Below, in pieces: positions 47,542 through 59,016 of a stretch of DNA of 64,000 nucleotides. The translations under genes were made by a program, and so were the position numbers. The DNA comes from Sporopachydermia quercuum. Lineage: Eukaryota. The notes under the pieces are model-generated. The model had not been told where the DNA came from and ran no database searches. It saw only the letters and a program-made list of their open reading frames with translations. Each line of letters opens with the position of its first letter. Positions within the stretch are counted from its first letter, which is position 1. The stretch covers positions 748,138 through 812,137 of the forward strand of contig BCGN01000004.1 in the NCBI GenBank assembly GCA_001599295.1. Reading direction: 5' to 3'.

Positions 47542-48534
47542 TATTTGTCTGTTGATTCTTAAGATTCATAGACAGAGAATTCGTAGTTCAGGATTATGTA
47601 ATATAATATTATTTATGTATGTGGATAATCTTTAAACTGTATTGCTTATGAGATATTAAAGTTGCGTGGAAATGATAGCCATTCATTTGGCACTGTCTGA
47701 TGAGTCATTATGTCAATTACTTTCACATGATGATCTCGGGTTTAAACAATGATAAATAAACATGCGTCTACAATGACCAAACTGCTCTTTGTTATTAACA
47801 ACAATCAAATAATCACCTCCCACCACTGCATTATTTAGGATAAAAAGCAGTGAAATCTGAGTATATGAATCGCCTAGATATAGTGAAATCCTTCTTGAAA
47901 TGAATCCTTATTGCCTACTGATTTTGATGTCAAGGGTAATTGTTTGTAGTGATAACCGTTGTAATAGAGACTTAAGATTCACTGCAGTAAACGCTGACTG
48001 CAAATATTATTTTTTATGGCTATAGAGACTTCTTGTTGAGTCAGTGATGTTGTTATAGTCTCTTTTATCGTCATAATATAATTCTTCAATACACATGTCA
48101 TCGATTATTAGCCATATTCTTAATCCGAGGATCGGTATTAACTCGGAAAGTATTGTTGCTACATGTAGTGCTCTTTCGGAACTCATCCTGCATACATCTT
48201 TATTTTGTTTGCCGTTTAAACTTTCTGCACATCCAAACTGAGTAGTTTACGAGGAGAAGGGCATCTAACGGGATATGATGCCGGATTTTTTTATTATCTC
48301 AAATACCAGTTCTAGGAATCAGCCTATTCTTTTAAAGGAATATTTCTTGATCTTAGATATATATATATTTCAACTGCTCTACTGCAATTATATTCATCGT
48401 CTCATGTTAAAGATTAGACCGAGTACAATGTAAACGCAAGATTCTCGTAATTGAGAGCAAGTTCATAGAAGGAAATCAAACTGATAAGAGTCTACGAAAT
48501 CATATATCAATCGAGATCAAGAGAGTGAGCAAAA

Positions 48535-48972
48535 ATGGGATATGCNTATGAATCAATACTAGAATCTCAGGGGATAATAGCAAAGGATTTTGCTTGTGAA
48601 GAACCTGCCATAGAACGAGTGATAGAGGAGAGGCCAGTTATGTCTATTGATGGGAAAACACTTTGTTTATTGACTAAGGATGTAATTCACACTCCTCGTC
48701 AACACCCAGCACATACAGTGGAACCTTTCCAGATGCNTATAATACCAGCTTCTCAAACAGAAACTATGAATTCACCTTCATCAGAAATAACTTCATCAGA
48801 TCTGGTACGTAAAATACCAGTTAAGATGATTAGGAGAACACTTTTCAGTAGATGGAATCAATCTGTTTCTGATGAGTCATCCAAACGAAAATGGAGCTCA
48901 GGTGTTCAAATTCAGGACAGTTATCTTGGAATAGATATAGAAGATGCTATGAAAATTAGAGTGCTCAATTAA
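48535..48972 (+). CDS. Hypothetical protein (orphan, 145 aa)
   Basis: Stand-alone ORF, AAAAATG context, (TA)n TATA near 48358. No recognisable family. Confidence 0.55.
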   Translation: MGYXYESILESQGIIAKDFACEEPAIERVIEERPVMSIDGKTLCLLTKDVIHTPRQHPAHTVEPFQMXIIPASQTETMNSPSSEITSSDLVRKIPVKMIRRTLFSRWNQSVSDESSKRKWSSGVQIQDSYLGIDIEDAMKIRVLN

Positions 48973-49093
48973 TATAATAGAATGCAAATTATGAGAATGG
49001 TTTATAATTGACTGAGTGGGCTAGAACAGTCGTATGGGGTATATATATAATACATAAGAGCTATTAGCTAATAGATAATGGAGACATATCATG

Positions 49094-50368
49094 TCATAGA
49101 TAATAATCGTTTGTTTCACCTTCCTTATTCAAGCGTTGGATAACTTCAACCTTCCAATGGCATACTTTTGATGCTGCACAGTTTTTACACTTACTCTTCA
49201 ACTCTTCTTTGTTAAAATTGATACCATTAGGCAGTCGGCGACCTAACCAAAAATCTAAGCTGTTGTTTATATCAGCCAACGAGCGCTCCTCATCAGCCAC
49301 TTTTTGCGAAGAGTAAAAAGGCCTCGGAGCATCTTCTGAATCGTTCCACCTGTTCCTTCGATTAGAGTAATAATTAATTTCAAACAAAGGATCAACTTTG
49401 TTGGAACCCCCAAGCAATAAGAACAAATGTGTAACAATCTTTCCTATATCGTACAAAGATTTAATCTTCATATCTTCAAGAAATTTATATGATTTGTAAA
49501 TTTCCTCTAGGAATATCCCACCAAGAGTTTGCTTGATGTCAGCTCCCGACAGTTGTTGTATGAAAAACATTACAACTTCCTCTGTATTTTTCAGAGATAC
49601 ATTACATGCTTGTCCACCACAATCTGCCACCAGATTGCTCCAAAAATAATGATATAACCGAACTTGAGAATAATTCATTGTCTCAATAAATTCAACTGGC
49701 CTATCTCCGCCTAGCCGAGTTTTGGTATCGCTGATTTTACAAGTACCTTCCCAATCCTCAGCTGACATATTCATCACCTGCCGTAGGGTCAAGTTAGGCT
49801 GAGGATCAGTATATTCAACGCGATCAATATATCCACTTGCCATCAAAATCCCTGGACCAGCTCCTCTGTCACCACCACCANTAGATATTGGATCGAATAC
49901 ATACACTTCTCGTGCCTCGCCTTTGGTCAATAAATCGAACAATCTTCTAGCTAGATCCAGGAACTTTATCGCATTTAGTTCAACTTCTGATTTCAAAAGT
50001 TCTGGATTCACTGAAATCTCTTCATGAACCGCTAGTTCCATCTTCTTATGAAAATTACTTCCATTTGTCATAGCCCATGTTCTTTTCTTCGTCAATCCTT
50101 TGAGAGAATAGTATTTTTGCAACTCACACCAATAAGGTGTTATCAGTTCGGTTACCGACAGCCTGCCATTTTTCTTTAATAATTCTATAGGAGAGGGATT
50201 TGTTGTTATTTCAGGACCTAACTGACTCTCTGTAACCTTGGGTTCTGGTAGTTTGAATTTTTCACGAAAGCATAAGTTTGAGACATTCGGTTCAAATGGT
50301 CTCTGGAGGAGTTTCAGTGAAAACAGTTCTGGTGCAGAACCCTTGGCCAGAATCCGTTTAGAGCTCAT
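49094..50368 (-). CDS. EXO5: Exonuclease V (Fe-S, RecB-like)
   Basis: LSVTELITPYWCELQ, GSNFHKKME, AREVYV, SGYIDRV, ISDTKTR, FWLGRR..KCKNC..VC.W. Confidence 0.88.
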   Translation of the reverse strand: MSSKRILAKGSAPELFSLKLLQRPFEPNVSNLCFREKFKLPEPKVTESQLGPEITTNPSPIELLKKNGRLSVTELITPYWCELQKYYSLKGLTKKRTWAMTNGSNFHKKMELAVHEEISVNPELLKSEVELNAIKFLDLARRLFDLLTKGEAREVYVFDPISXGGGDRGAGPGILMASGYIDRVEYTDPQPNLTLRQVMNMSAEDWEGTCKISDTKTRLGGDRPVEFIETMNYSQVRLYHYFWSNLVADCGGQACNVSLKNTEEVVMFFIQQLSGADIKQTLGGIFLEEIYKSYKFLEDMKIKSLYDIGKIVTHLFLLLGGSNKVDPLFEINYYSNRRNRWNDSEDAPRPFYSSQKVADEERSLADINNSLDFWLGRRLPNGINFNKEELKSKCKNCAASKVCHWKVEVIQRLNKEGETNDYYL

Positions 50369-50529
50369 TATATGACAGACCAGGTGAATGGGATGTTTAG
50401 ACTTAAGCTACATTCTTTCAAAATCTAGTACAATGTATAGCCAATCAAAGCACTCAAGGTACTCAGTGTACCAACTAATATAAATGTGGCCATTTTAAGT
50501 CAGGCACCATTTTAATCTTGATTAATCTT

Positions 50530-50538
50530 TCACGTGAC
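50530..50538. promoter_or_regulatory. Cbf1/bHLH site TCACGTGAC
   Basis: Perfect RTCACGTG on the minus strand in the EXO5/LtrA divergent promoter. Confidence 0.45.
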
Positions 50539-51218
50539 TATCAATGGTTTTGCAAACCTGAAATGGTTCACCTAAACAAAGAGAGTGCTACAACCATATC
50601 AGGTGCCAATAAATTAGCAGGGACTTTTACCAATCAGTCCATGTTATTCGAATTATCTTCAAGGAACGCCAGAAATATGTCACTATAGGTAAAGTAACTC
50701 AAATCAAAGGATCCCAGTAATAGTGCAACCGCTTGTTCGACAGACATAGTCCTGAATGGCTTCCAGCGAGACTGGGCTGACCTAGGCTTCTACAGAGTAA
50801 CCAACTCATAATGCCCTCTTCTATGAGTTTCATCTAGATTTAAACTTCTCAACTCAAACTCTCTTTTGACATTCCATATTGTACTTTTATTTTTATTGTG
50901 ATAAATCCTAATGTTGACCTCTCTATGTTGATAGTATGTATGATGACTTAGTACAAGACGAATTATGTAATCATTTATTATCTACCGATAAGGTATAAGG
51001 GATCACGAGCCTTCTTCTGTAGACCACAGTAGAATACTAAGTAGCAATTGAGCCAGAAATGTAGTTCTCTTCCTATATATATGAACAGCTAGTCGTGCAA
51101 CCTACTGAACCTATCAATATACGCAGTTAAAGAAGCTACTAGAGATTGACTAAAGAATTGATTTTGCTTCACCTCATTATTAGGATCTTTTCTCTCCTGT
51201 GGCTATAACAATAATAGA

Positions 51219-52547
51219 ATGGAAGAATCAGAATTTATTCGGAAGTATGGGGAAATTGATGTTGAGTTCATTGACCCACCAAGAAGAACATCACCGTGGT
51301 TTGTTTATCCTCACGCTTTGAACTATTTCCACCACGGAAAACTACACCGGACCAGAAATGAACGAGGTTCTGGTACTTTCGAATTATTTTTGGATTTATT
51401 ATACGTGGGGATCATTGCTAACATAGCAGAGCATATCACCGAAGATGCAAGTTATGAAAAAATTGGTCTATACATTCTCACCTTTGTTCCTGCCTGGACT
51501 ATTTGGGCAGATTTGAAGGATTTTATGAACTATTATTACTCTGACGACTTGCCGCAACGATTATATGTGCTGCTGATTCTCCTTTGTTTAGTTGCTTTTG
51601 GCAACAACGCTCCGTTTTATTTCGATTCGAATAAAGCAGCGATTGTAGCACTTACATTCTACATGTCGGCAAGAATTATAACCGGACTCATGTTATTTTT
51701 CTATACTTTTTTTGTCCGCGAGACAAGAGAGCAAATGAGATACTACTCAATATCAGTGATATGTCTTGCATTTGTTTGGTTACTGATTATTTTGGTACCT
51801 ACTGGTCGAATGCGTATCATCTGCTCTGCATTTTTGCTTGCAACTGAGCAAACATTGTGCATTGTTATGTTTCACCCATGGTTCAAAAAATTCATTAAAA
51901 GTGAATATGGAACAGCAGTGAATATCGAGCATGAAATCGAGAGATTAAGTGCATTTTTTATTATTGCTTTGGGTGAATTTACCTACGTAGCTGTAGCAGG
52001 GTCGCCTGCAGGAATTGGACTGGGACCTAAACTTACAAGAGCAATGTGCATGGTAATTATTAGTTACAGTCTTATTTGGATCTATACGAATGGTTCTGGT
52101 AGTACTCGGGCAGTTCATGCTGTCAGACGGAGTGCACACACTGCCTATCTGTGGATATACTGTCATTTGGGCCTTGTGGCGAGTTTGGTTTTAGCTGCTG
52201 ATGCTTCGGGGGAGATCCTCAAGGGAGAATATAATCAACCTTTGAGAGTTATGTTTTCTGGCGGAATGGCTTTAGCATTACTGATATTGTTGGTAATTGC
52301 ATTTTGTGATAAAGCGTTAGATGATGAAGATGGGACTTTCATTTTGAGGAAGAGGTACAGGTTGATACCACGATTACTTTGTTCAATCATTATTGCTTCT
52401 ACTATCTTTTGGACGGCAGTTGGTCCTTCTGCGTTATTAATTATCACTACTTTATTAATTGTTGGAGTTTTATTGTTCGAGACATTCTTCTGTGTGCCTA
52501 GATTTGATGGAATTGCTTTGTGCGAAGCACCAGCACACCTTAACTGA
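51219..52547 (+). CDS. LtrA (low temperature requirement A) family polytopic membrane protein
   Basis: FELFLDLLYVG, YYYSDD, EHEIERLSAFFIIALGE, multiple TM segments. Confidence 0.85.
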   Translation: MEESEFIRKYGEIDVEFIDPPRRTSPWFVYPHALNYFHHGKLHRTRNERGSGTFELFLDLLYVGIIANIAEHITEDASYEKIGLYILTFVPAWTIWADLKDFMNYYYSDDLPQRLYVLLILLCLVAFGNNAPFYFDSNKAAIVALTFYMSARIITGLMLFFYTFFVRETREQMRYYSISVICLAFVWLLIILVPTGRMRIICSAFLLATEQTLCIVMFHPWFKKFIKSEYGTAVNIEHEIERLSAFFIIALGEFTYVAVAGSPAGIGLGPKLTRAMCMVIISYSLIWIYTNGSGSTRAVHAVRRSAHTAYLWIYCHLGLVASLVLAADASGEILKGEYNQPLRVMFSGGMALALLILLVIAFCDKALDDEDGTFILRKRYRLIPRLLCSIIIASTIFWTAVGPSALLIITTLLIVGVLLFETFFCVPRFDGIALCEAPAHLN

Positions 52548-54519
52548 CAAAACTACATCACAATACACCTTAATATGACATTTCTAAAAGTGATTGAATG
52601 AGGATTAAAATAATGATTAATGGTTCTCTTTTATACCGTAATTCCTACAAATGTTATATTTCTTTCTTTCCATAGGAGCTCATATCATCACACAGATGGA
52701 TAACATGGAAATTAACTATTACCTAATCATTTATTATATGCTTCTAGGTGGCCTCCTACAGACCCTTTCTACTGAAGTAATTCTTGACGAGTATACGCAA
52801 ACTCTCTTCGGATATCTCCGTTGTCTGATTTTTGTTTGATCTATAGAATCGGTAAACCTTTTCTTATCAAACCGTTTACATTGAATTGTGACCCTCAAGG
52901 CGTTTGAAATACATAATTATCAAACGTCAAGCTCAACACTTTTAACAGTTGGAGATTCTATTGATTGAGAATCTCTTATTCCGTTCCTTGAAATACTATT
53001 AGAAAAACAATTGGAACAACTACGAACAAATCGAGCAGCTTGAAGTATGTGACATTGACAAGCGGAAAACCGATTCTGGGCATAGAGTTTCCATACCGTT
53101 TCTATCGAGAGCCATCAGGGAATGGATCCACTGGCAGTCGATCCATGCTGAGTTAAGAAAGAGAGCTATGTATGACAATGTAAGAAACAAGAAAGATGGC
53201 TCAATGTAGTATTGTTATTGTAACGAGATTCAATCATCTGGTATTCATAAATGTAGAAGTTTGGTTCTCCTCATCTACTTAGTTTCCACGATAGGAATGA
53301 TTAGCCTCCAAAAGTCGAAACCATGTGACAAATTGCATTAGATTTATGAAATGAAGAAGTGCCCTGCTTTTTGCTTATTATACCGTACCTTTAGGGATGC
53401 TATCTCCTGTTTGGTACTTCCCAAATGTGAGTAGCTACTACTAAGCACCAGCTCTTTTACCAACAATATCCACTCATGAACAAATAAAACTTTCCCATTA
53501 CAAATATTTGCGTTCAATCTCTTACATAGAGCTACTGCTCGTATTGTTATTGCATCTTCATTGTTCAATTTTTGAACATCCTTTTGATACCTCATCTTAA
53601 GTAATTCCTCTGCTAATTACGTAATGTTTCATAGGTTTTCAAGGGTCTCATAGTATTCAAATATTTTCCAGTTCCGAGCAGGCAAACGTAAACGTAAACA
53701 GATTTATAACTAGATGTGGAATTGAGTTTAACTAATTTGAATTTAAAGTATTTCTCCTGATTAGCTCTATTTAAATCTAGTCCTTAATCATTAAATTTTG
53801 AACCAAATCAGTAAACGAACAAGAAATGGTAGCCAATATCAATTAAACCAGTTTAAATATTTCTTTAATGGTCAAAGTATACGATTCCTAGTACTAATAT
53901 TTTTCATTCTCGAGGAATTTGTTCTCCTCCTAAAATAAAAGCATCAAACCTCATATTAACCTACAAAATAGAATACTGTGAGCCTTGATACAACTTAAAA
54001 CCCAAAAACTGTAAATCATTCAGTATTCGAAAGCAAAACAGTTTGAGATTTATCTCACAACCGGTACATGAAGTACTTGGGTTGAGTCCTAAGATTGTGG
54101 GATTTATATTCGAAAGAATTGAATAACTCGGCTTTGAACCATTTACACAAAATGATGCAAGAACCACCTTTCTTATTCCATGCTGTAGAAAAATGTCGGC
54201 AACCAGACTTTATAATTAAAGTTTTAACATATCTAAACTCTATATCAAACCTAATAAAGACAATCTCAAGCAAAATATTTGAATAGAAGGAATAAGGAAA
54301 AGATGAGGGAAGGAGCAGCATACACTATTATAACGTACAGACCACATTTATTGTATAAATATAAAATTATTTCCTGTCGCTCTTTTATTGTCTTTATAGT
54401 TAAAAGGAACAAATACTCTTTCTTGAATATGGTAATTAAACATTTTATTTTAGTTGGTTTGTAGTCGAAGTAACAGATTGATAGGCAACTGAATTACTTT
54501 CGGTCCATTACTTAACAAA

Positions 54520-56565
54520 ATGTCTTCACAAGATGTTGAAAAGGCCTCATTGGCCAAACAAGAACTCTATAATACTGTTGAACTGAATGATAACATTCCA
54601 TTGACAGTTGGAAAAAAACCAACCCTTCTTCGAAGAGTTTTATTTGCTATAATCCAATTGATTGTTATCGCCTCAATCGCTTTAGGAGTCTCTTTGACTG
54701 TCGCACCTGAGCATGTTTTACAATACATTCCTTTCGTAAAAACTAATAGTGATATTTCGATTTCTGCCGCTGAACCAGTTCCATCGTTTGAACCTGTGGA
54801 AGTATTCCAAGTCTCATACCCAATTGAAGTCCCAGCAGGCGCCTATAATGTATCTCAAGTAATCTTCTCTACCACTGAAGTTGGAAAAGAAGTATCTGGA
54901 ACATTCGAAGCCCCAGAAGTGTTCAACTTTACCAATGCTTTACTCTACCTCGAAACCGAAATCAACGGTACTCAAGTATCTACAGTTGCTGATGTTTTCA
55001 TTGGTGATTTACTTTTTTGGAAGACTGCAACTGCTGATCCTCAAGGAACTGGCGTTGTTTATAACTACACCAAGGAAGTTTCATTCCTTTTGGACTACTT
55101 CAAAGAGGATCAGGAAATCAAGTTTGTATTCGCTGATGAAATCACTGGAGACTTCAACTTGACTTTAACTGCCATTTTATTCAATGCTACTACTGCTACC
55201 ACTGAATCTGCCCAAGCTAAAATAGACAAAGATGTCGATTTCCATCACTACTTATTCTCGAATGATACACCAGCAGTTCCTACAATTGATTATGCTTCTA
55301 TTTTCATCGCAAACCACACTCCTGATTTCATTATTCCTCTTGCAGGTGAAAGCGCATCATTACCAAAACTCCCTGCCAATGTCACAAGATCCAAGCTTGT
55401 TTTCTATGCTCTCCCTACTGAAGAGGAAAAGCATTACTTCCTTCATGTTTTGGATGAATTCAAAGATACTTTCTCCAAGTTTGGCAAGGAATTAATTGGA
55501 GGTGGCCCAATTAGATCAGTCAATGTTTATATCAATGATTTATTCATTGCCTCAGTTTCACCTACACCATTGGTTCTTAACTCTGATTTCGACCCCAAGT
55601 TATGGTCACCAATTGTTGCTCAATCATCATTTGATTTGTTGGCATATGAAGTTGATTTGACCCCTGTTTTACCACTTCTTTGGGCTGGTGAAGCTGATTT
55701 GGCCATTGAAGTTCATAGTGATGTTTTGAAGTCCACTTTTTTCAAACCCACTCCATCTATTGTTCCTCCTGTTGGAACTGTTCCACCACCTGCATTCCCT
55801 TGGCTTATTGACTCAACTCTTCTGGCATGGGCTTCACCTTATGTCAATGGGTCAAGTGGATTTATTGCTGCTGCTAGCAATGAGACTTTACCAAAATCTT
55901 TTGGAATTGCACCTCCTTTCGGTTTCTCTTTGACTCAAATCGTTTCCAACAAGATTTCATCAACTTTATTGACGAACTTCACTTATGACTTCATTGACGG
56001 TTCTTCTTTCAACTTCAGCACTGGTTATAACGCTACCTCCAACAATATCAATGTCCAAAGATATTATGCTCGTGGAACTTCCGGTACAGTAACTGCTATC
56101 AATATTGGAAAACAAAAGTTCAACGTTACAAATTCAACCTCTGGGGAAGCTTTATTCAATGTTTCTGCTGCACATACCTTCCCCATCTATTATACTACAA
56201 AAGATACAGTAACAGGATCCGAAGTCAACTTGACCGTTTCAGAAAAGTTCAAATTCGACTTCAATGGTACTACTTTATTCAAGGTAAAGTCTAAGCAGAA
56301 TGTTACAACAACTTTACCAGTTGGAGAGTTTGCCAATGAGCAAAAATTTAATATCTCCATCTTAGACTTACCTCCTTACTCAAGACATGTTAAAGCAGAA
56401 AATGGTGTTTTGACTCTTGATGATGTTCCAGCCGTTCTATCTGGTGAAGAAAACACCCCAGCTATCATGGAATTAGAGGATATAGACGAGGCTGCTGAGT
56501 TTGATTTTTTTGTTGAAGAAATGTGGGAAGAAATTAAGGACCTCATCAAGGATGTCCGTTCTTAG
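54520..56565 (+). CDS. PNGase A-like type II membrane glycoprotein with degenerate conserved motifs
   Basis: N-terminal TM helix. Motif spacing matches the PNGase A family (FIGDLLFWKTATADP, GGGPIRSVNVYIND, PKLWSPIV..SFDL..YEVDLTPVLPLL). Many NxS/T sequons. Confidence 0.75.
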   Translation: MSSQDVEKASLAKQELYNTVELNDNIPLTVGKKPTLLRRVLFAIIQLIVIASIALGVSLTVAPEHVLQYIPFVKTNSDISISAAEPVPSFEPVEVFQVSYPIEVPAGAYNVSQVIFSTTEVGKEVSGTFEAPEVFNFTNALLYLETEINGTQVSTVADVFIGDLLFWKTATADPQGTGVVYNYTKEVSFLLDYFKEDQEIKFVFADEITGDFNLTLTAILFNATTATTESAQAKIDKDVDFHHYLFSNDTPAVPTIDYASIFIANHTPDFIIPLAGESASLPKLPANVTRSKLVFYALPTEEEKHYFLHVLDEFKDTFSKFGKELIGGGPIRSVNVYINDLFIASVSPTPLVLNSDFDPKLWSPIVAQSSFDLLAYEVDLTPVLPLLWAGEADLAIEVHSDVLKSTFFKPTPSIVPPVGTVPPPAFPWLIDSTLLAWASPYVNGSSGFIAAASNETLPKSFGIAPPFGFSLTQIVSNKISSTLLTNFTYDFIDGSSFNFSTGYNATSNNINVQRYYARGTSGTVTAINIGKQKFNVTNSTSGEALFNVSAAHTFPIYYTTKDTVTGSEVNLTVSEKFKFDFNGTTLFKVKSKQNVTTTLPVGEFANEQKFNISILDLPPYSRHVKAENGVLTLDDVPAVLSGEENTPAIMELEDIDEAAEFDFFVEEMWEEIKDLIKDVRS

Positions 56566-59016
56566 GTATTGGTATTTTTATTGATATTCATAATGTATAG
56601 TGTTTTGATAATTTTTTTAATACACTAAAGGTTCTTTATACCCTTTTAAATATAACAAAGTTGCAGTTTTCAGTTGACTGGTAAAACGTGATCATATTTC
56701 GATGCTTCTATCTTTTCTTCAAATATTAGCATTTGGATTCTGATGGATCTACTATTTATAGATCTCGTCAACTATTTTATTATAGTATATCCTGTTACTT
56801 TTCCTTCCAGTATTGCGTCTTGTCGTTCTAGATTNATCCTTTCAATGCATTGTTAATGGTTTTCAGCATTAATGCATAGAAACCTAGAAGCCGTGTTATG
56901 TCATTTTCTTTAAGCAAATCAAATAATTAGGGAAACGATGTTCATGTTCATTTTCATTTTTATTTGAAAGCAAGTAGAAGATATATGTATACCCCACATT
57001 TATAACACTTATATCAGCTTATCATATTAAATAGGCAATTAAGGAGGAAAAGTGCTTTTGTTGGCCCCCAATAAAATTTCAACAGTACATTAAACAACAA
57101 TTATAGAAGGTAAATTGATTCAAACTATCATATGAGCTTTTTTTTATTGTTCTATTCTGTTCTGTTATGTTTGTTGTTTAATGTTATTATTGAACAATAT
57201 CTTCGCTTGTGCTATTCTGTTCTTTCTTTCTTCATTATTTGAAAGTTTCATAACAAGTCATTTCAAGGAGGTTTAACTGCTAGCATGAAAATGACATGCA
57301 CCTATATGCATGTGCGGTTGACTCGACATGTCAATAACCTTAATTAGTGTTAAGAAAAGCTAAAGAATGGTACATGACCAATGAATCAACTATGGTACCA
57401 TATCATAACAGTTCCAGCTCGATAGGTTATTACGGAGAAATGAAAAGTATGATTGATATTAATATAATGATATTTCCACCAAATCTTGTTAATGTAGAGT
57501 ATTCTCTACCGTTTCTCTAGTTAATTCTCTAATTCACTTTAGGGAATTTTGGTCCTCCAGTGCGAAACCAACCAGAACTTTATATTGAGATTGTCACATC
57601 CAAGCCTCTAACTGATGAAGCAATAGAAGTGATTAATTATTGTTAGTGAATTATACATAATAGATAAACAAGAATAATTAACAAAAACCCTTTTATAGTA
57701 TATATGATCTCCAAAACATTTCTGTTCATCTTGTCTCTAATGTCATTTTACTCTGTTTTAAAGAGAACCACATTATTTATGGGAAGGAAACTTCGCGATG
57801 AAAAGTCAAAATTTTAAGTAAAACTTTGGAACCTACGCATAGTGGACCGCCCGGATTTTCCGGGCATATCTTAATTCGGAACTGCTGAGCATGTTGAATA
57901 AAGAATTGATTCAATAGTAGAATTAATAAAATAATTGAAACAGTATATATAATAAAAATCATAAGAAAAGCAAGCCAAAGTTGAAACGAGTAGCAATTTA
58001 CATGGTGAGTTAACAACTGTCTTTAGCTGTTTTCCCCAATCTAGATTAAAGATTAATAGTTAGCGTAATTTACATTGTAAACTTGTTTTTCGAAACTTGA
58101 AACAACAATGCCTCATATCCAATAATAGATTATTCGACACTTTCCTTCCTCCTAATACACGTTTTTAAACCAAGTTAGGCATGAAGATACTAAATGCCTT
58201 GTAGCAGGCAAAGTCCAAGAGTTCTGAGTATTCTCATTGACAATCTACGTTTATTTGGTCTCTGAGAAAATCTTCTCTCTCTTAATCACTCAGTTCCTTT
58301 AAACCCTCTTGATTTATCTCCCAACTTCCCCCATATCTATACACTATCTCCGAGACTTCCCAAATAGGCAATCAGTAAAATTATTCCATCGTCATTCTCC
58401 GAACCTTATTTAACTCAAAAGTGAGTCAAAAGGCTATCTGACCATGTTGTAGTAATGAAGAAAAAGTTATACAGAGAAGATGATGTAAGTAAGTAACGAT
58501 CAGCCCGAGTCAGTGAAAAGGAACTGAAGGAACCAAATCAGCATGATTCTAACTTCTTTTTTCCCACTCCTATTCGCTTATAGAGTTTTCGTTTTCCTTT
58601 AGAACAATCGGATAAATATATGCTTAGATATCAATATCACTTTTAAACTACAGACCTAATATTGAGTGCAGATTGTTCAATGCATCACAAAAGTAGTTTC
58701 ACTCATTCGAATAACGCTTTGTACCCTTTATAGCATAATAATTAACCCAAGCAACATCACTAGTATACATAAAGCTACTTAGGTGATATTGTATTGAAAC
58801 TAATTAGGAGATTAACTGCTAGTCATCAGAAGCAAAGATTTTGTTTTCAGCAACATCAAATGTATATATACACGAGTTACAATATATGAAAGATGAATTG
58901 CTCAACAGAAAGTATCATGAAACTGATATAGGAACTAACAATCAAACTCAAACAGCAACAGACATAACTACAACTGAAACAACAACCGCAACTACACGAA
59001 CCATACAGCTATCATA

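Noticed and set aside
2236..50368. NAR1 with Fe-S clients CHL1 and EXO5 as a functional cluster
   Set aside because: Separated by many unrelated genes; no shared motif seen.
53280..53297. U14-like string AGTTTCCACGATAGGA
   Set aside because: U14 domains A/B and C/D boxes are absent.
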